The notes under the pieces: generated by a model | The model's database searches: none | What the model saw: the letters and a program-made list of their open reading frames with translations, nothing else | What the model was told of the DNA's origin: nothing | In this document: positions 28,196-37,539 of the stretch, piece by piece | How the letters are laid out: the number at the start of each line of letters is the position of its first letter | How positions within the stretch are numbered: position 1 is the stretch's first letter | Position numbers and translations under genes: made by a program | Source of the DNA: Promethearchaeota archaeon | Lineage (GTDB): Archaea; Asgardarchaeota; Lokiarchaeia; Sigyniarchaeales; SOKP01 | Reading direction: 5' to 3' | Length of the DNA: 43,109 nucleotides | Assembly (NCBI GenBank): GCA_048940925.1 | Contig: JBHLOC010000040.1 | Span: forward strand, 1 to 43,109

Positions 28196-29959
28196 ATGTC
28201 AACTCAAGAAGGAAATCGAAATAATCCTTATTCTTTTGATGATTTTTTATATGTTAGAAATCATTTTAATTATTACCGTGATGATGATTTCTTACAAACC
28301 TTAGTCAAGAAGTTCACTGGAGAGGAATTTGGAGAGATAGATAGGGATCTTAAAGCACTTTCTGATTATGTATCTTTTAGATTTAGAGATCTTGCTGATA
28401 AAGCTAATGAACTTGAAAATAGAATTAAGGTTACCAAACTTAAACATTATGATGCTCATAATCACCATATCGATCGAATAGAACGATGTTTAGAAACTGA
28501 AATCCTTGAGCGCGAAATTTTCAGTCTTGGTCTTTTTGATCCAGCGCGTAATACCCCATGGAGTAGGTTTGCTAAAATGTTTTTGCTTTATCAAAATGGT
28601 GAAGCAGGTGTAATGTGCCCTATTGCGTGTACTCATGGAATGGTTTGGTTAATGCAAAAATACGAGGATTCTTTAGATGAGGAAGCTAAACGTATTCTTA
28701 ATTCTGTTAGAGATGGTATTAACGGTGATTACAAACTTGGAGCTCAATTTGTTACTGAAATTCAAGGTGGGAGTGATGTTCCGTCAAATCTCGTCGAAGC
28801 TGTCTTCGAAAAGGAAAAGGGTCATGATGGGTATTCAAATGTATGGCGTCTTTATGGTCAAAAATTTTTTTGTTCTGCGATGCAAGCAGATTATGCAGTA
28901 GTCACTGCAAAACCAAAAGGAGTAGAATCATCCACTAAAGTCGCTGCTTTTGTAGTTCCTTCCTGGCTCTCTGGTAATAAAGAAAAAGAAATTAGAAACT
29001 CTTTCACTATTGATAGATTAAAGCAAAAATTAGGAACAGCAGAATTACCAACAGCAGAAATAACTTATAATGGTGCAGTGGCATATCCCATAGGTCCTCT
29101 TGAAAAAGGTCTTGCTAACATTGTTGGGATTGTGCTTTCATTATCTAGACTCCATGTTGCTTTTGGGATGGCAGCAGGTACTTTACGGGTTGCGAGAGAA
29201 GCAGTTTTATATTCACAATTTCGAAATGCTTTCGGAGTTCCAGTTTCTTCTTTTCCATTTATGATTAATCAAATAAATGATTTAGTTCATGCTGCAAAAA
29301 GATCTGCTGCTGGAACATTCAAAGTTTATTCAGAATATATTCATTTTGGAGAAGAGTTGATTAGCGGAATAAAGGATTTAGAAAAAATTGAGAATCTCGA
29401 AGAACGTAAGCGGCGTTTTAGATTGCGTGAATTAATTATGTTACAGAAAATTGTAGTTGCGGATGAAGCTCCTGCTTTAATAAGAAGAGCGATTTCTTTC
29501 TTTGGAGGTCATGGTATTATGGAAGATTTCTTATCTTTTCCGCGCTTGCACCGTGATTCTTTAATTATGGAGTTGTGGGAAGGCCCTAGGCTCGTGCTTT
29601 TAACACAAATACATCGTGATATCCAGAGAGTAAAGAAATGGTATCCCGCTGATGAATTCTGCCGAGATTTGCTTGAAGGTGTTGATAATGATGTAATAGA
29701 AGTCTACACTCATGAGTTTTCACGGATTATGTCTCATGATAGTTTTTTAAGAAATGATGAAGAAACGTTAGCAATATGTAGAGATTGGGAAGAATTTTCT
29801 ACAAAATTATTTATAAAATATCAAGAACAGGCTCTTGAAGAACTAGATTATCATGAAAAACCTTTAAAGTTTTCAAAATTATTGCGTAAATTTAAAAAGA
29901 GAGAGGCATTAAAATCTGAAGGTCCCGAGAAGGAGAGCACTATTGAAATTATAGAATAA
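28196..29959 (+). CDS. Acyl-CoA dehydrogenase, AidB-like
   Basis: GEAGVMCPIACT, AQFVTEIQGGSDV, GQKFFCS, RLKQKLGT, GGHGIMEDF and LWEGP motifs. I prefer the ATG at 28196 over the TTG at 28142. Confidence 0.9.
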   Translation: MSTQEGNRNNPYSFDDFLYVRNHFNYYRDDDFLQTLVKKFTGEEFGEIDRDLKALSDYVSFRFRDLADKANELENRIKVTKLKHYDAHNHHIDRIERCLETEILEREIFSLGLFDPARNTPWSRFAKMFLLYQNGEAGVMCPIACTHGMVWLMQKYEDSLDEEAKRILNSVRDGINGDYKLGAQFVTEIQGGSDVPSNLVEAVFEKEKGHDGYSNVWRLYGQKFFCSAMQADYAVVTAKPKGVESSTKVAAFVVPSWLSGNKEKEIRNSFTIDRLKQKLGTAELPTAEITYNGAVAYPIGPLEKGLANIVGIVLSLSRLHVAFGMAAGTLRVAREAVLYSQFRNAFGVPVSSFPFMINQINDLVHAAKRSAAGTFKVYSEYIHFGEELISGIKDLEKIENLEERKRRFRLRELIMLQKIVVADEAPALIRRAISFFGGHGIMEDFLSFPRLHRDSLIMELWEGPRLVLLTQIHRDIQRVKKWYPADEFCRDLLEGVDNDVIEVYTHEFSRIMSHDSFLRNDEETLAICRDWEEFSTKLFIKYQEQALEELDYHEKPLKFSKLLRKFKKREALKSEGPEKESTIEIIE

Positions 29960-29968
29960 ATCAAATTC

Positions 29969-30862
29969 TTAATGATCAAACTCATTTATGATCTCTGAGA
30001 GATACTGCTTTAAATGCTTAAAAGGTCTTAAATCACCTGTAAATTCTTGTTGAAAAACTGAATCTTGGGACATTTTATCTTTAAGATGTTTAAAGACATT
30101 TTTTATTTTATGGAAATCTCCAGATGCTATAAAATCTAATGAATATCCATCTATATTTCCAAATAATATGATTTTTTTACCATCTTCTACTTCTGTGTCA
30201 TTAAGATGAATTTCTTTAATTTTTGTTTTTGCCCGAATTTGTGTGTTCATAGATATAGTTGCTAATTTTGCAGAAAGATCTGAACTAAATAGTTCTATAT
30301 TCTCATAAGTTCTTTCTCGTTCTATATTCTTTAGAAGATTTACATCATATAATTGCGAAATGATCGGTAATCCTTGAGAAGATATACCCGCATAAAGTAC
30401 TTTATTATTAAAATTATTACCATAATCATTAAATATTATTTCTTCTTCTAATGGCTCAGTATATTTGTCTTCTAAATAGGTTGCTATTAATGATATGATT
30501 TCTTCAAATGTGGATTCTTCAGAAGCGTGTTTTAACTCGGTATATTTTTTAAATTGAATATTTACCTGTTTACTAAACTCGTTTAACATTTCAAAAGCTT
30601 CTGTTGATCCCACCTCAAAATCTCCTATAATGCAGAAGAACAAGTTTTGGTTTAAGTTTGTGATTACATGTTTGACAAGTATCTTTTCCCTTCCAAATTT
30701 TGGGTTTTTCAAGGAAATTTTTTTTAGACGCCAAGTATATCTTGGATTTATACTTCTTAAAAGTTTTTCTACAAATAGAACTACTTCAAAAGCATTATAT
30801 TTATTATCATCTGAACAATAAAGAATTTCATCTTCTAAAATAATAGTAAAACCAGAGATCAT
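29969..30862 (-). CDS. Hypothetical protein, probable tandem longin-fold domains
   Basis: Two consecutive beta-beta-alpha-beta-beta-beta-alpha-alpha patterns; ends FTGDLRPFKHL. Fold inferred by eye. Confidence 0.55.
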   Translation of the reverse strand: MISGFTIILEDEILYCSDDNKYNAFEVVLFVEKLLRSINPRYTWRLKKISLKNPKFGREKILVKHVITNLNQNLFFCIIGDFEVGSTEAFEMLNEFSKQVNIQFKKYTELKHASEESTFEEIISLIATYLEDKYTEPLEEEIIFNDYGNNFNNKVLYAGISSQGLPIISQLYDVNLLKNIERERTYENIELFSSDLSAKLATISMNTQIRAKTKIKEIHLNDTEVEDGKKIILFGNIDGYSLDFIASGDFHKIKNVFKHLKDKMSQDSVFQQEFTGDLRPFKHLKQYLSEIINEFDH

Positions 30863-31084
30863 ATAGAATACTCTGAAAAAGTAAAGTTCAATTAATTAAT
30901 TAGCACTTATTAATGAAAAAGTTATTGACTATTTTAATTCTTTATGATTTAATTGATTTAAGTGTTATTAGTACAAACTACTTTAAATCTTCAAAAATAT
31001 AATTATAAATTTTATTAAAAATATTATCCTTAATGACTTAAGCATTAATAGAAGAGATATTCAACTAATAATGAATACATTGAA

Positions 31085-31864
31085 ATGATCGAAAAAAAGA
31101 CAATTGAAAAGGTTGCTAAATTATTATTGGAATCCAAAGCTGCCATTGCGTTAACAGGTGCGGGAATCTCAACAGAATCTGGTATACCTGATTTTAGAGG
31201 GGAGAATGGGATATGGAAAAAATATCAACCAGAGATTTTTGGAAGTGCTCAAGCACTCCTAAAAGATCCTAGTAAATTTTGGAAGTTAGCAGAAGATATA
31301 GCTCCAACATTATTTAACGCTGAACCAAATCCAGGACATTATGCTTTGGCTGAACTTGAAAAAATGAATATAATTAAGGCAATTATCACACAAAATATTG
31401 ATGAGCTTCTTCAAAAAGCCGGTGCTATTATCGTGTATGAAGTGCATGGGAATATTAATAGATTTACATGTATGGGATGCCGCGCTAGTTATATTAAAGA
31501 ACAAGTGTTAAAAAAATTAAAAAAAGAAAAACCACCTTTATGTGATTTTTGTGCTATGCCTTTAAGGCCCTCAGTAGTCTTGTTTGGGGAAGATCTCCCA
31601 AATTTTGAAAAATATATGTCTATTGATTTAGCAAAAAAGACAGATTTGATGTTAATAGCAGGATCATCTTTATCTGTTGCACCGGTATCTGATTTGCCAA
31701 TTTTTACGTTAGCTAATAAAGGAAAGTTAATTATTGTAAATGATCAACCAACATATATGGATGAAAAAGCTGAGGTTGTAATTAATAATAAAACTGGCAC
31801 TATACTCCCATTGATTGTGGAAGAAATCAAAAAGATTAGATTTGAAAGAAAACAGAATTCTTAA
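31085..31864 (+). CDS. cobB: NAD-dependent protein deacylase (Sir2/CobB family)
   Basis: GAGISTESGIPDFRG, TQNID, HG, CxxC...CxxC, RPSVVLFGE and GSSL motifs. Confidence 0.95.
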   Translation: MIEKKTIEKVAKLLLESKAAIALTGAGISTESGIPDFRGENGIWKKYQPEIFGSAQALLKDPSKFWKLAEDIAPTLFNAEPNPGHYALAELEKMNIIKAIITQNIDELLQKAGAIIVYEVHGNINRFTCMGCRASYIKEQVLKKLKKEKPPLCDFCAMPLRPSVVLFGEDLPNFEKYMSIDLAKKTDLMLIAGSSLSVAPVSDLPIFTLANKGKLIIVNDQPTYMDEKAEVVINNKTGTILPLIVEEIKKIRFERKQNS

Positions 31865-31887
31865 AAGTAATTAAACTAGTTTTATTA

Positions 31888-33471
31888 ATGAATACTGAAA
31901 ATATAATTAGAAAAGATTGGCGAAATATTGACTTTTCATTTGGATTGATTTATCCTAATACGTATAAAATCGGTATGTCTTCATATTCTATAAGGTTTCT
32001 TTATTATTTAATAAATTCTTATGAGAATATTGTATGTGAAAGATTTTTTTTACCCGAGCAGTTAAAATTTCCTGCTTCCAAAGACTATTCTTCTCTGAAA
32101 AGTTTACGATCTATTGAAACTAAACTTTTACCAGCTGAATTTGATATTCTAGGCTTTTCAGTTCAGTTTGAAAATGATTTCAAGAATATATTTTGGTTTT
32201 TAGATAAAGTAAACATACCCCTATATTCTCTTGAACGTCAAGAGTCGAACATTGAGGAAAAAAAACATTATCCACTTATTATTGGTGGAGGTCCTGTAAT
32301 TACGTCAAATCCAATGCCATTAAGTAATATATTTGATGTTCTATTTATTGGAGATTGTGAACCTAATTTAAATTCTTTCTTCAATTCTTTTGGGGAGTAT
32401 AATAAAGCTGAATTGAGTTTTCAAGAGTTTTTAAAAAAATTAAAAAACGTAGAAGGTCTTTTTATTCCCTCATTAGATAACAAGGTTAAAAGAGCTACTC
32501 TCAAAAATCTCGATGAGTCGCCCATTCCTATTTTTCAATTGATTTCAAAAAATAATTCTTCAAATTCTATTTTTGAGGGAAATTTTTTAATCGAAATAAA
32601 TCGAGGATGTCCATATCAATGCAAGTTTTGTATTTCTTCCTTTCATAACTCACCCTTCAGGAATAAAAGTTATAATAATATAATAGAAACTATTGACAAG
32701 GGGATAAAATATTTAAAATTTGATACAATCAGTCTTATAGGATCATGTATTTCATCCCATCCAGAATTTAAGCAAATTTGCGAATTCATAATTAAAAAAG
32801 GAAAACGATTGACTATACCCTCAATAAGAATTGAACATTTATCTTCAGAAGTAATACAAATTTTAGAAAAGGGAAACATTAAGACTATCACTGTTGCTCC
32901 AGAAGCAGGATCAGAAGATTTGAGGTTTGGCCTTGGAAAGATAATATCTAATGAAAAGATTATTTCAATATTATCCCAAATTAGAAATTCTCGAATAAAA
33001 AATATAAAATTTTACTTTCTTATTGGATTGCCGAATGAAACTGATAGGGACATTGATGAAATTATTGATTTATTAAAAAATGTCAATGAATTAGGATTTG
33101 AAAAGAATACATTGCGAGTAAATGTTAATCCTTTTATCCCAAAATTAAATACACCATATGAAAAGGAAGTTGATTTTTATTTTGATGAAAATAAGTCTAG
33201 TTTTCAGGCCAAATTTCAAAAGTTAGAAAGTGAATTAAAGAAAATCCCATCAATAAAAATTAAATTTATGAATTATAAATCAATTGTAAAAAATGCTAAA
33301 TTACAAACCTTAATTTCTTTAGGAAATCAAGAAACTTCAAAATTACTATTTAATTATTATAACAATGGAGCTACTTTTGGAGCTCTAAAACGAGCGGAGA
33401 AAGAATTAAATTTTGATCTGAATGAATATTTATTAAAAATTAAGAATTGCTACAGCCCTTGGAGTGTATAA
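31888..33471 (+). CDS. B12-binding-like/radical SAM protein
   Basis: YPNTYKIGMS, GFSVQFE, IGGGP, RGCPYQCKFC (CxxxCxxC), APEAGSE and YFLIGLP motifs. Confidence 0.88.
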   Translation: MNTENIIRKDWRNIDFSFGLIYPNTYKIGMSSYSIRFLYYLINSYENIVCERFFLPEQLKFPASKDYSSLKSLRSIETKLLPAEFDILGFSVQFENDFKNIFWFLDKVNIPLYSLERQESNIEEKKHYPLIIGGGPVITSNPMPLSNIFDVLFIGDCEPNLNSFFNSFGEYNKAELSFQEFLKKLKNVEGLFIPSLDNKVKRATLKNLDESPIPIFQLISKNNSSNSIFEGNFLIEINRGCPYQCKFCISSFHNSPFRNKSYNNIIETIDKGIKYLKFDTISLIGSCISSHPEFKQICEFIIKKGKRLTIPSIRIEHLSSEVIQILEKGNIKTITVAPEAGSEDLRFGLGKIISNEKIISILSQIRNSRIKNIKFYFLIGLPNETDRDIDEIIDLLKNVNELGFEKNTLRVNVNPFIPKLNTPYEKEVDFYFDENKSSFQAKFQKLESELKKIPSIKIKFMNYKSIVKNAKLQTLISLGNQETSKLLFNYYNNGATFGALKRAEKELNFDLNEYLLKIKNCYSPWSV

Positions 33472-33509
33472 CTATTATATAAATAAAGAAAGAAAAAACA
33501 ATAAATTTA

Positions 33510-34013
33510 TTAATCAATTTTTTTGAATACTTTTTTCACAGCTCCGCATACAGGACATTTGTCAGGAGGTTCTCCCTCATGAGTATATCCACACACAGGA
33601 CATATATAAAGATCTTTTTTATCTAAATCTTTACCACTTTCTACTGCCTTAAAAGCAGCCTCATAAAGTTTATGATGCACTTTTTCAACTTCATTAGCAT
33701 AATTGAATGTTCTTTCAGCATCTTTATTACCCTCATTTTTAGCATCATCTAAAAAATCAGGATACATAATAGTAAATTCGTAATGTTCACCTTCTATTGC
33801 TTCCTGAATATTTTCTTTTGTAGATTTTATACCACCAAGTACTCTAAGATGATTGTGAGCATGAACTGTTTCTGCTGCAGCTGCTGCTCTAAAGACTTTC
33901 GCTACTTGAGGAAATCCTTCCTTATCTGCCTTTTCTGCAAATGCTAAATATTTGCGATTAGCTTGAGACTCTCCTGCAAATGCTGCTTTTAAATTTTCTT
34001 CTGTTTGGGTCAT
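33510..34013 (-). CDS. rbr: Rubrerythrin
   Basis: AFAGESQANRKY, ETVHA, EHYE, EKVH and C-terminal CPVCG...CPVCG rubredoxin-like site; ATG at 34013. Confidence 0.95.
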   Translation of the reverse strand: MTQTEENLKAAFAGESQANRKYLAFAEKADKEGFPQVAKVFRAAAAAETVHAHNHLRVLGGIKSTKENIQEAIEGEHYEFTIMYPDFLDDAKNEGNKDAERTFNYANEVEKVHHKLYEAAFKAVESGKDLDKKDLYICPVCGYTHEGEPPDKCPVCGAVKKVFKKID

Positions 34014-34185
34014 AATCAATCAACACCAACAAATTTTTATTTTAAAAATATATTTTGAGATTTTTTAATTTGGTTTTTATAAATAATAAATTTTATTAAA
34101 TTTAAATAGAGGTCTTCTTTTAAGAAAAAAGATTTGATTTAATTTCTTAAAAAATTACTTTGTTTCTTTAAAATAAGGATGTTCT

Positions 34186-34986
34186 TTATTTTGAAAGTAT
34201 TTTTGTAATAGATTTCACAATTTTAGTCAATAGATATTCTGCTACTCCAAATTTTACCATGGAATCAAAAACCAAGATAATAAAATATTTATCATGAATA
34301 TACTCTGAAAAGATATATTTTTTATCTTTGAAGGTATAAAAGAGTCTTAAAATTGAATTATTATATATTTTTACTCGAAAGTCGACTTCTTTTAAGAACT
34401 TACTTAAGTCTGATTTATTAAACGTTGAGTATAATACTTTTCCTCTATGTGTTGAGAAAATGATGCCATCAATATCATCTCTTAAAGTTAACTTATTTAA
34501 GAATTCTTTGATTGATTCTTCTTTTTCTAAATCAAACTCATCAGAAATAATCTCATTTATATAATAATCTATTTCTTTATTTATTTTACTGTCATATATG
34601 ATTTCACCATCTATTTTAATCTTATTTTTCTTTATATAAGCTATAATTTTATTATTTATTCTAGAAATTATCTCATCTAAAAAATTCAAATTTTCTATTG
34701 AATCGCTTAATACACTATAAAAAATAGAGTTTTTTGCAAATATTACTAACTTTATATCATCCATCTCTATAGTTTTAATTCGTTTACCCATCATTTCTTC
34801 AGAAAAAGACATTAACGCGGTTATAAAAGGTGAAAGTAGGTTTTTCTCTATTTTATAATGATCGGTAAAATTTTTACAATAAAAACATATCCCCGCTTTA
34901 TTGAATATGTATATATTGTGTATATTGGTATTTTCATCATATCTTTTTATCTTTGATGGAAAAAGTCGTCGTTCTTGTATTACCAT
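34186..34986 (-). CDS. Longin-like plus roadblock-like two-domain protein
   Basis: N-terminal IHNIYIFNKAGICFY...LLSPFITALMSFSEEM..KRIKTIEM is a longin pattern; C-terminal DIDGIIFSTHRGKVLYST is a roadblock/LC7 pattern. Confidence 0.65.
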   Translation of the reverse strand: MVIQERRLFPSKIKRYDENTNIHNIYIFNKAGICFYCKNFTDHYKIEKNLLSPFITALMSFSEEMMGKRIKTIEMDDIKLVIFAKNSIFYSVLSDSIENLNFLDEIISRINNKIIAYIKKNKIKIDGEIIYDSKINKEIDYYINEIISDEFDLEKEESIKEFLNKLTLRDDIDGIIFSTHRGKVLYSTFNKSDLSKFLKEVDFRVKIYNNSILRLFYTFKDKKYIFSEYIHDKYFIILVFDSMVKFGVAEYLLTKIVKSITKILSK

Positions 34987-35048
34987 ATTAGAAATTCATA
35001 AAACAACTATAAAAAGCTCTAACTTTTTGATTAAATAATAGTTAAAAT

Positions 35049-36047
35049 TTAATTAATCCACGTTTGAACTCCCATGAAGTCTAGTCTTGCGGGCAATATT
35101 TGGAAAAAATTCTCTGTGAAAGCTTTTTTTAATTTGTGTTCAGTGCCCATACCTGCTAGAATCGTAGCAGAACCTCCTCCTCCTGCACCATTTAATTTAA
35201 AGCCTATTGCACCATTTTTTAAAGCAATTTTCTCTGTTTTTTTTATAATAGGATTAACCATTAAATTGTGTAAGTTTTTTTGTGCTTCCCAGTTCTTTGA
35301 CATTATTTTCCCCATTTGTATAAGATTTTCAGAATTAATTGCTTCCCTCATTTCATAAGCACACTCTTTAATTATTTCAAAAGATTCAATAGTATTTTTA
35401 TCCCCATTTGTAAAATTTTCAATTACACTCTTATGCATTTGATTTGAGCTCCGTGAGCTTAAAAAGATAAGAATCAATTGACTTTCCAGTTCACATATTC
35501 TCTTATTATCTAATTGAATGTGTTCATTTCTTACTTCTGGGTAGTCTATTTCCATAAAATTAATACCACCAAATGCCGCAGCATAATGATCTTGAACTCC
35601 ACTTTCTAACTTTAATTCTTCTATTTCAAGTTTATGAGCCAATCTTGCGATTTCGGCAGGTTCTAGTTTTTTCTTAGAAAATCGAGCTAAAGCAGCAATT
35701 AAGGCAACTGCTACACTTGCACTTGTACCAGTACCACAAGCGGGAGGTGCTTCAGCTCTAATATAAATATCAATCCCCCTCTTAATGTCCATTCTTTTGA
35801 CAGCAGCCTTCAATAAATCTAGATTTCCATCATATTCAATATTATTCAAATCTTTAATTTCTGTCTGTAAATTAAGATTTTCTGAAAAAATTTTGATGTT
35901 TTTAGAATTATTTGGAACAATCCGAGCGTAACTATAAAGATCAACACAAATATTAAACACAGCCCCCTTAGGATAAAACCAAGTGTCAGTCCAGCCACCA
36001 ATATCACAAATTCTAACAGGAGCTCTAGAGAGAATTGTTTCTGTCAA
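35049..36047 (-). CDS. GHMP kinase, HddA/sugar-phosphate kinase-like
   Basis: RAPVRICDIGGWTD, PPACGTGTSAS, GVQDHYAAAFGG and KLNGAGGGG motifs. Confidence 0.9.
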   Translation of the reverse strand: MTETILSRAPVRICDIGGWTDTWFYPKGAVFNICVDLYSYARIVPNNSKNIKIFSENLNLQTEIKDLNNIEYDGNLDLLKAAVKRMDIKRGIDIYIRAEAPPACGTGTSASVAVALIAALARFSKKKLEPAEIARLAHKLEIEELKLESGVQDHYAAAFGGINFMEIDYPEVRNEHIQLDNKRICELESQLILIFLSSRSSNQMHKSVIENFTNGDKNTIESFEIIKECAYEMREAINSENLIQMGKIMSKNWEAQKNLHNLMVNPIIKKTEKIALKNGAIGFKLNGAGGGGSATILAGMGTEHKLKKAFTENFFQILPARLDFMGVQTWIN

Positions 36048-36524
36048 TTTTTTCTATTGTAATATTTTTAGATTGGTATATTTAATAACTTTGAGCCTTT
36101 ATTAAATTCTCCTTTTTTATTATATCAACTACTAATGTTTTTAAATAAGTCAGAATAAAATAACTGAAGGGAAAAAAAATAATCTATAAAATAATATCGA
36201 TTCTATACCTAAATTCTAATGATCTGGTTTGCATGTCCATTTTCCCTTAAGGGAAATAGTTTCCATTTAGATTTTCCTTTTATTTGGTATATTATTGATA
36301 TTTCCAACTAGGATTCAAATAAATCCTACTAAATTTTTGATTTATTTTAAAGTCTGCGCCAGTTTTTATATATTTTTGAAGTTGAAAAAAATTGCATTTA
36401 GAGCGATTTTATTCATCGTTTAAGATGATCAGATCTTAAAGTTTAAAAGGAAGTTTGTAGGAATAATATTTAAAATAGAAATTTATTTAAAACATTTTTA
36501 AAACATTAATGGAGGAATAAAAAA

Positions 36525-36722
36525 ATGGCTAAAAAAGCAGCTGTGGAGGCCCTTTTTGTAAAAAGCAAGGTTCGAGAATATATCAAGGGTAAAGGTTGCA
36601 ACACAAGTGGGGATTTAATTGATGGCCCAGCACTTAATAATGCAATCATTGAAATTCTTGACAAAGCAATCGGAAGAGCCAAAGCTAATAATAGAAAAAC
36701 TGTTCAAGAAAAAGATTTATAA
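36525..36722 (+). CDS. Histone-fold protein, short-alpha3 type (Bd0055/face-to-face/DUF1931-like)
   Basis: LFVKSKVREYIK...NTS...RAKANNRKTVQEKDL (RKTxxxxD then stop); GGAGG RBS at 36511-36515; poly-T tract downstream. Confidence 0.85.
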   Translation: MAKKAAVEALFVKSKVREYIKGKGCNTSGDLIDGPALNNAIIEILDKAIGRAKANNRKTVQEKDL

Positions 36723-36747
36723 TTTTCTTGACTCTAATTTAAATTAG

Positions 36748-36765
36748 TTTTTTTTTCTAATTTTA
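36748..36765 (+). terminator. Oligo-T archaeal terminator candidate after the histone gene
   Basis: A long T run lies about 25 bp after stop codon 36722. Confidence 0.4.
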
Positions 36766-36946
36766 TATCTTTATTTGAATCTAGGTATTTTATCACAAAT
36801 TTCCCACAGTATACACTTTTAAATTCTTCGAATTTAAAATTAAAATAACACATACAACCTAAAATAAAGAATAAAAATTCCGTCCCAAATCGCCTTATAC
36901 CTTAACCTCTTTTTAAGAGAATAGGAATTTTTTATTCTTATTTTTA

Positions 36947-37492
36947 CTACTTTTCGTTAACCTGATTTTGAGCTTTGTCGATAATAAAAAATCCAGTTGA
37001 TATTATACTTTTTAATTTTTGTAAAGAATCTTTGAGTTTTTTTACCTTGTTATAGGGTCCTGAGACAGCAATAATCTCTAGACATTTTTCATATTCCAAA
37101 TGTACGTGCATAGTAGAGATGATAATATCGTAAAAATGGTGTTGAATATCGTTCTTCAGAAGTTCATCTGCTTGTTGGATATTTGCATAAAAAGATTTCG
37201 ACTCATAATCATGACTATGGTTAGGGTCATGAGAATGATCATGTAATTGGTTTTGATCTTCTATAATTGGATGTTCATGTTTCGAATTCAAGTGTTGATG
37301 AGCCATGATTATTGTAATACAGCCTACAACATCTCCAGAACTAGTTGATACAAATTCATCACTTACCATAAAATTATACATTGCCTTCCTTATAGCATCT
37401 GATCTTGAGATTCCTAATTTGTTCCTAAACTCTTCAAATATATCGTATAGCTTTTTAGGAAGAGAGATTGTAAAACGTTTATATTCTTCCAT
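36947..37492 (-). CDS. nikR: Nickel-responsive regulator NikR with His-rich insertion
   Basis: RHH domain RFTISLP...SRSDAIR; nickel-ligand pattern QH...MHVHL....CLEII. Confidence 0.88.
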   Translation of the reverse strand: MEEYKRFTISLPKKLYDIFEEFRNKLGISRSDAIRKAMYNFMVSDEFVSTSSGDVVGCITIIMAHQHLNSKHEHPIIEDQNQLHDHSHDPNHSHDYESKSFYANIQQADELLKNDIQHHFYDIIISTMHVHLEYEKCLEIIAVSGPYNKVKKLKDSLQKLKSIISTGFFIIDKAQNQVNEK

Positions 37493-37539
37493 TTTAAATT
37501 AATATTTTAATTATATATATAGAATCAAGTAGAACTATT

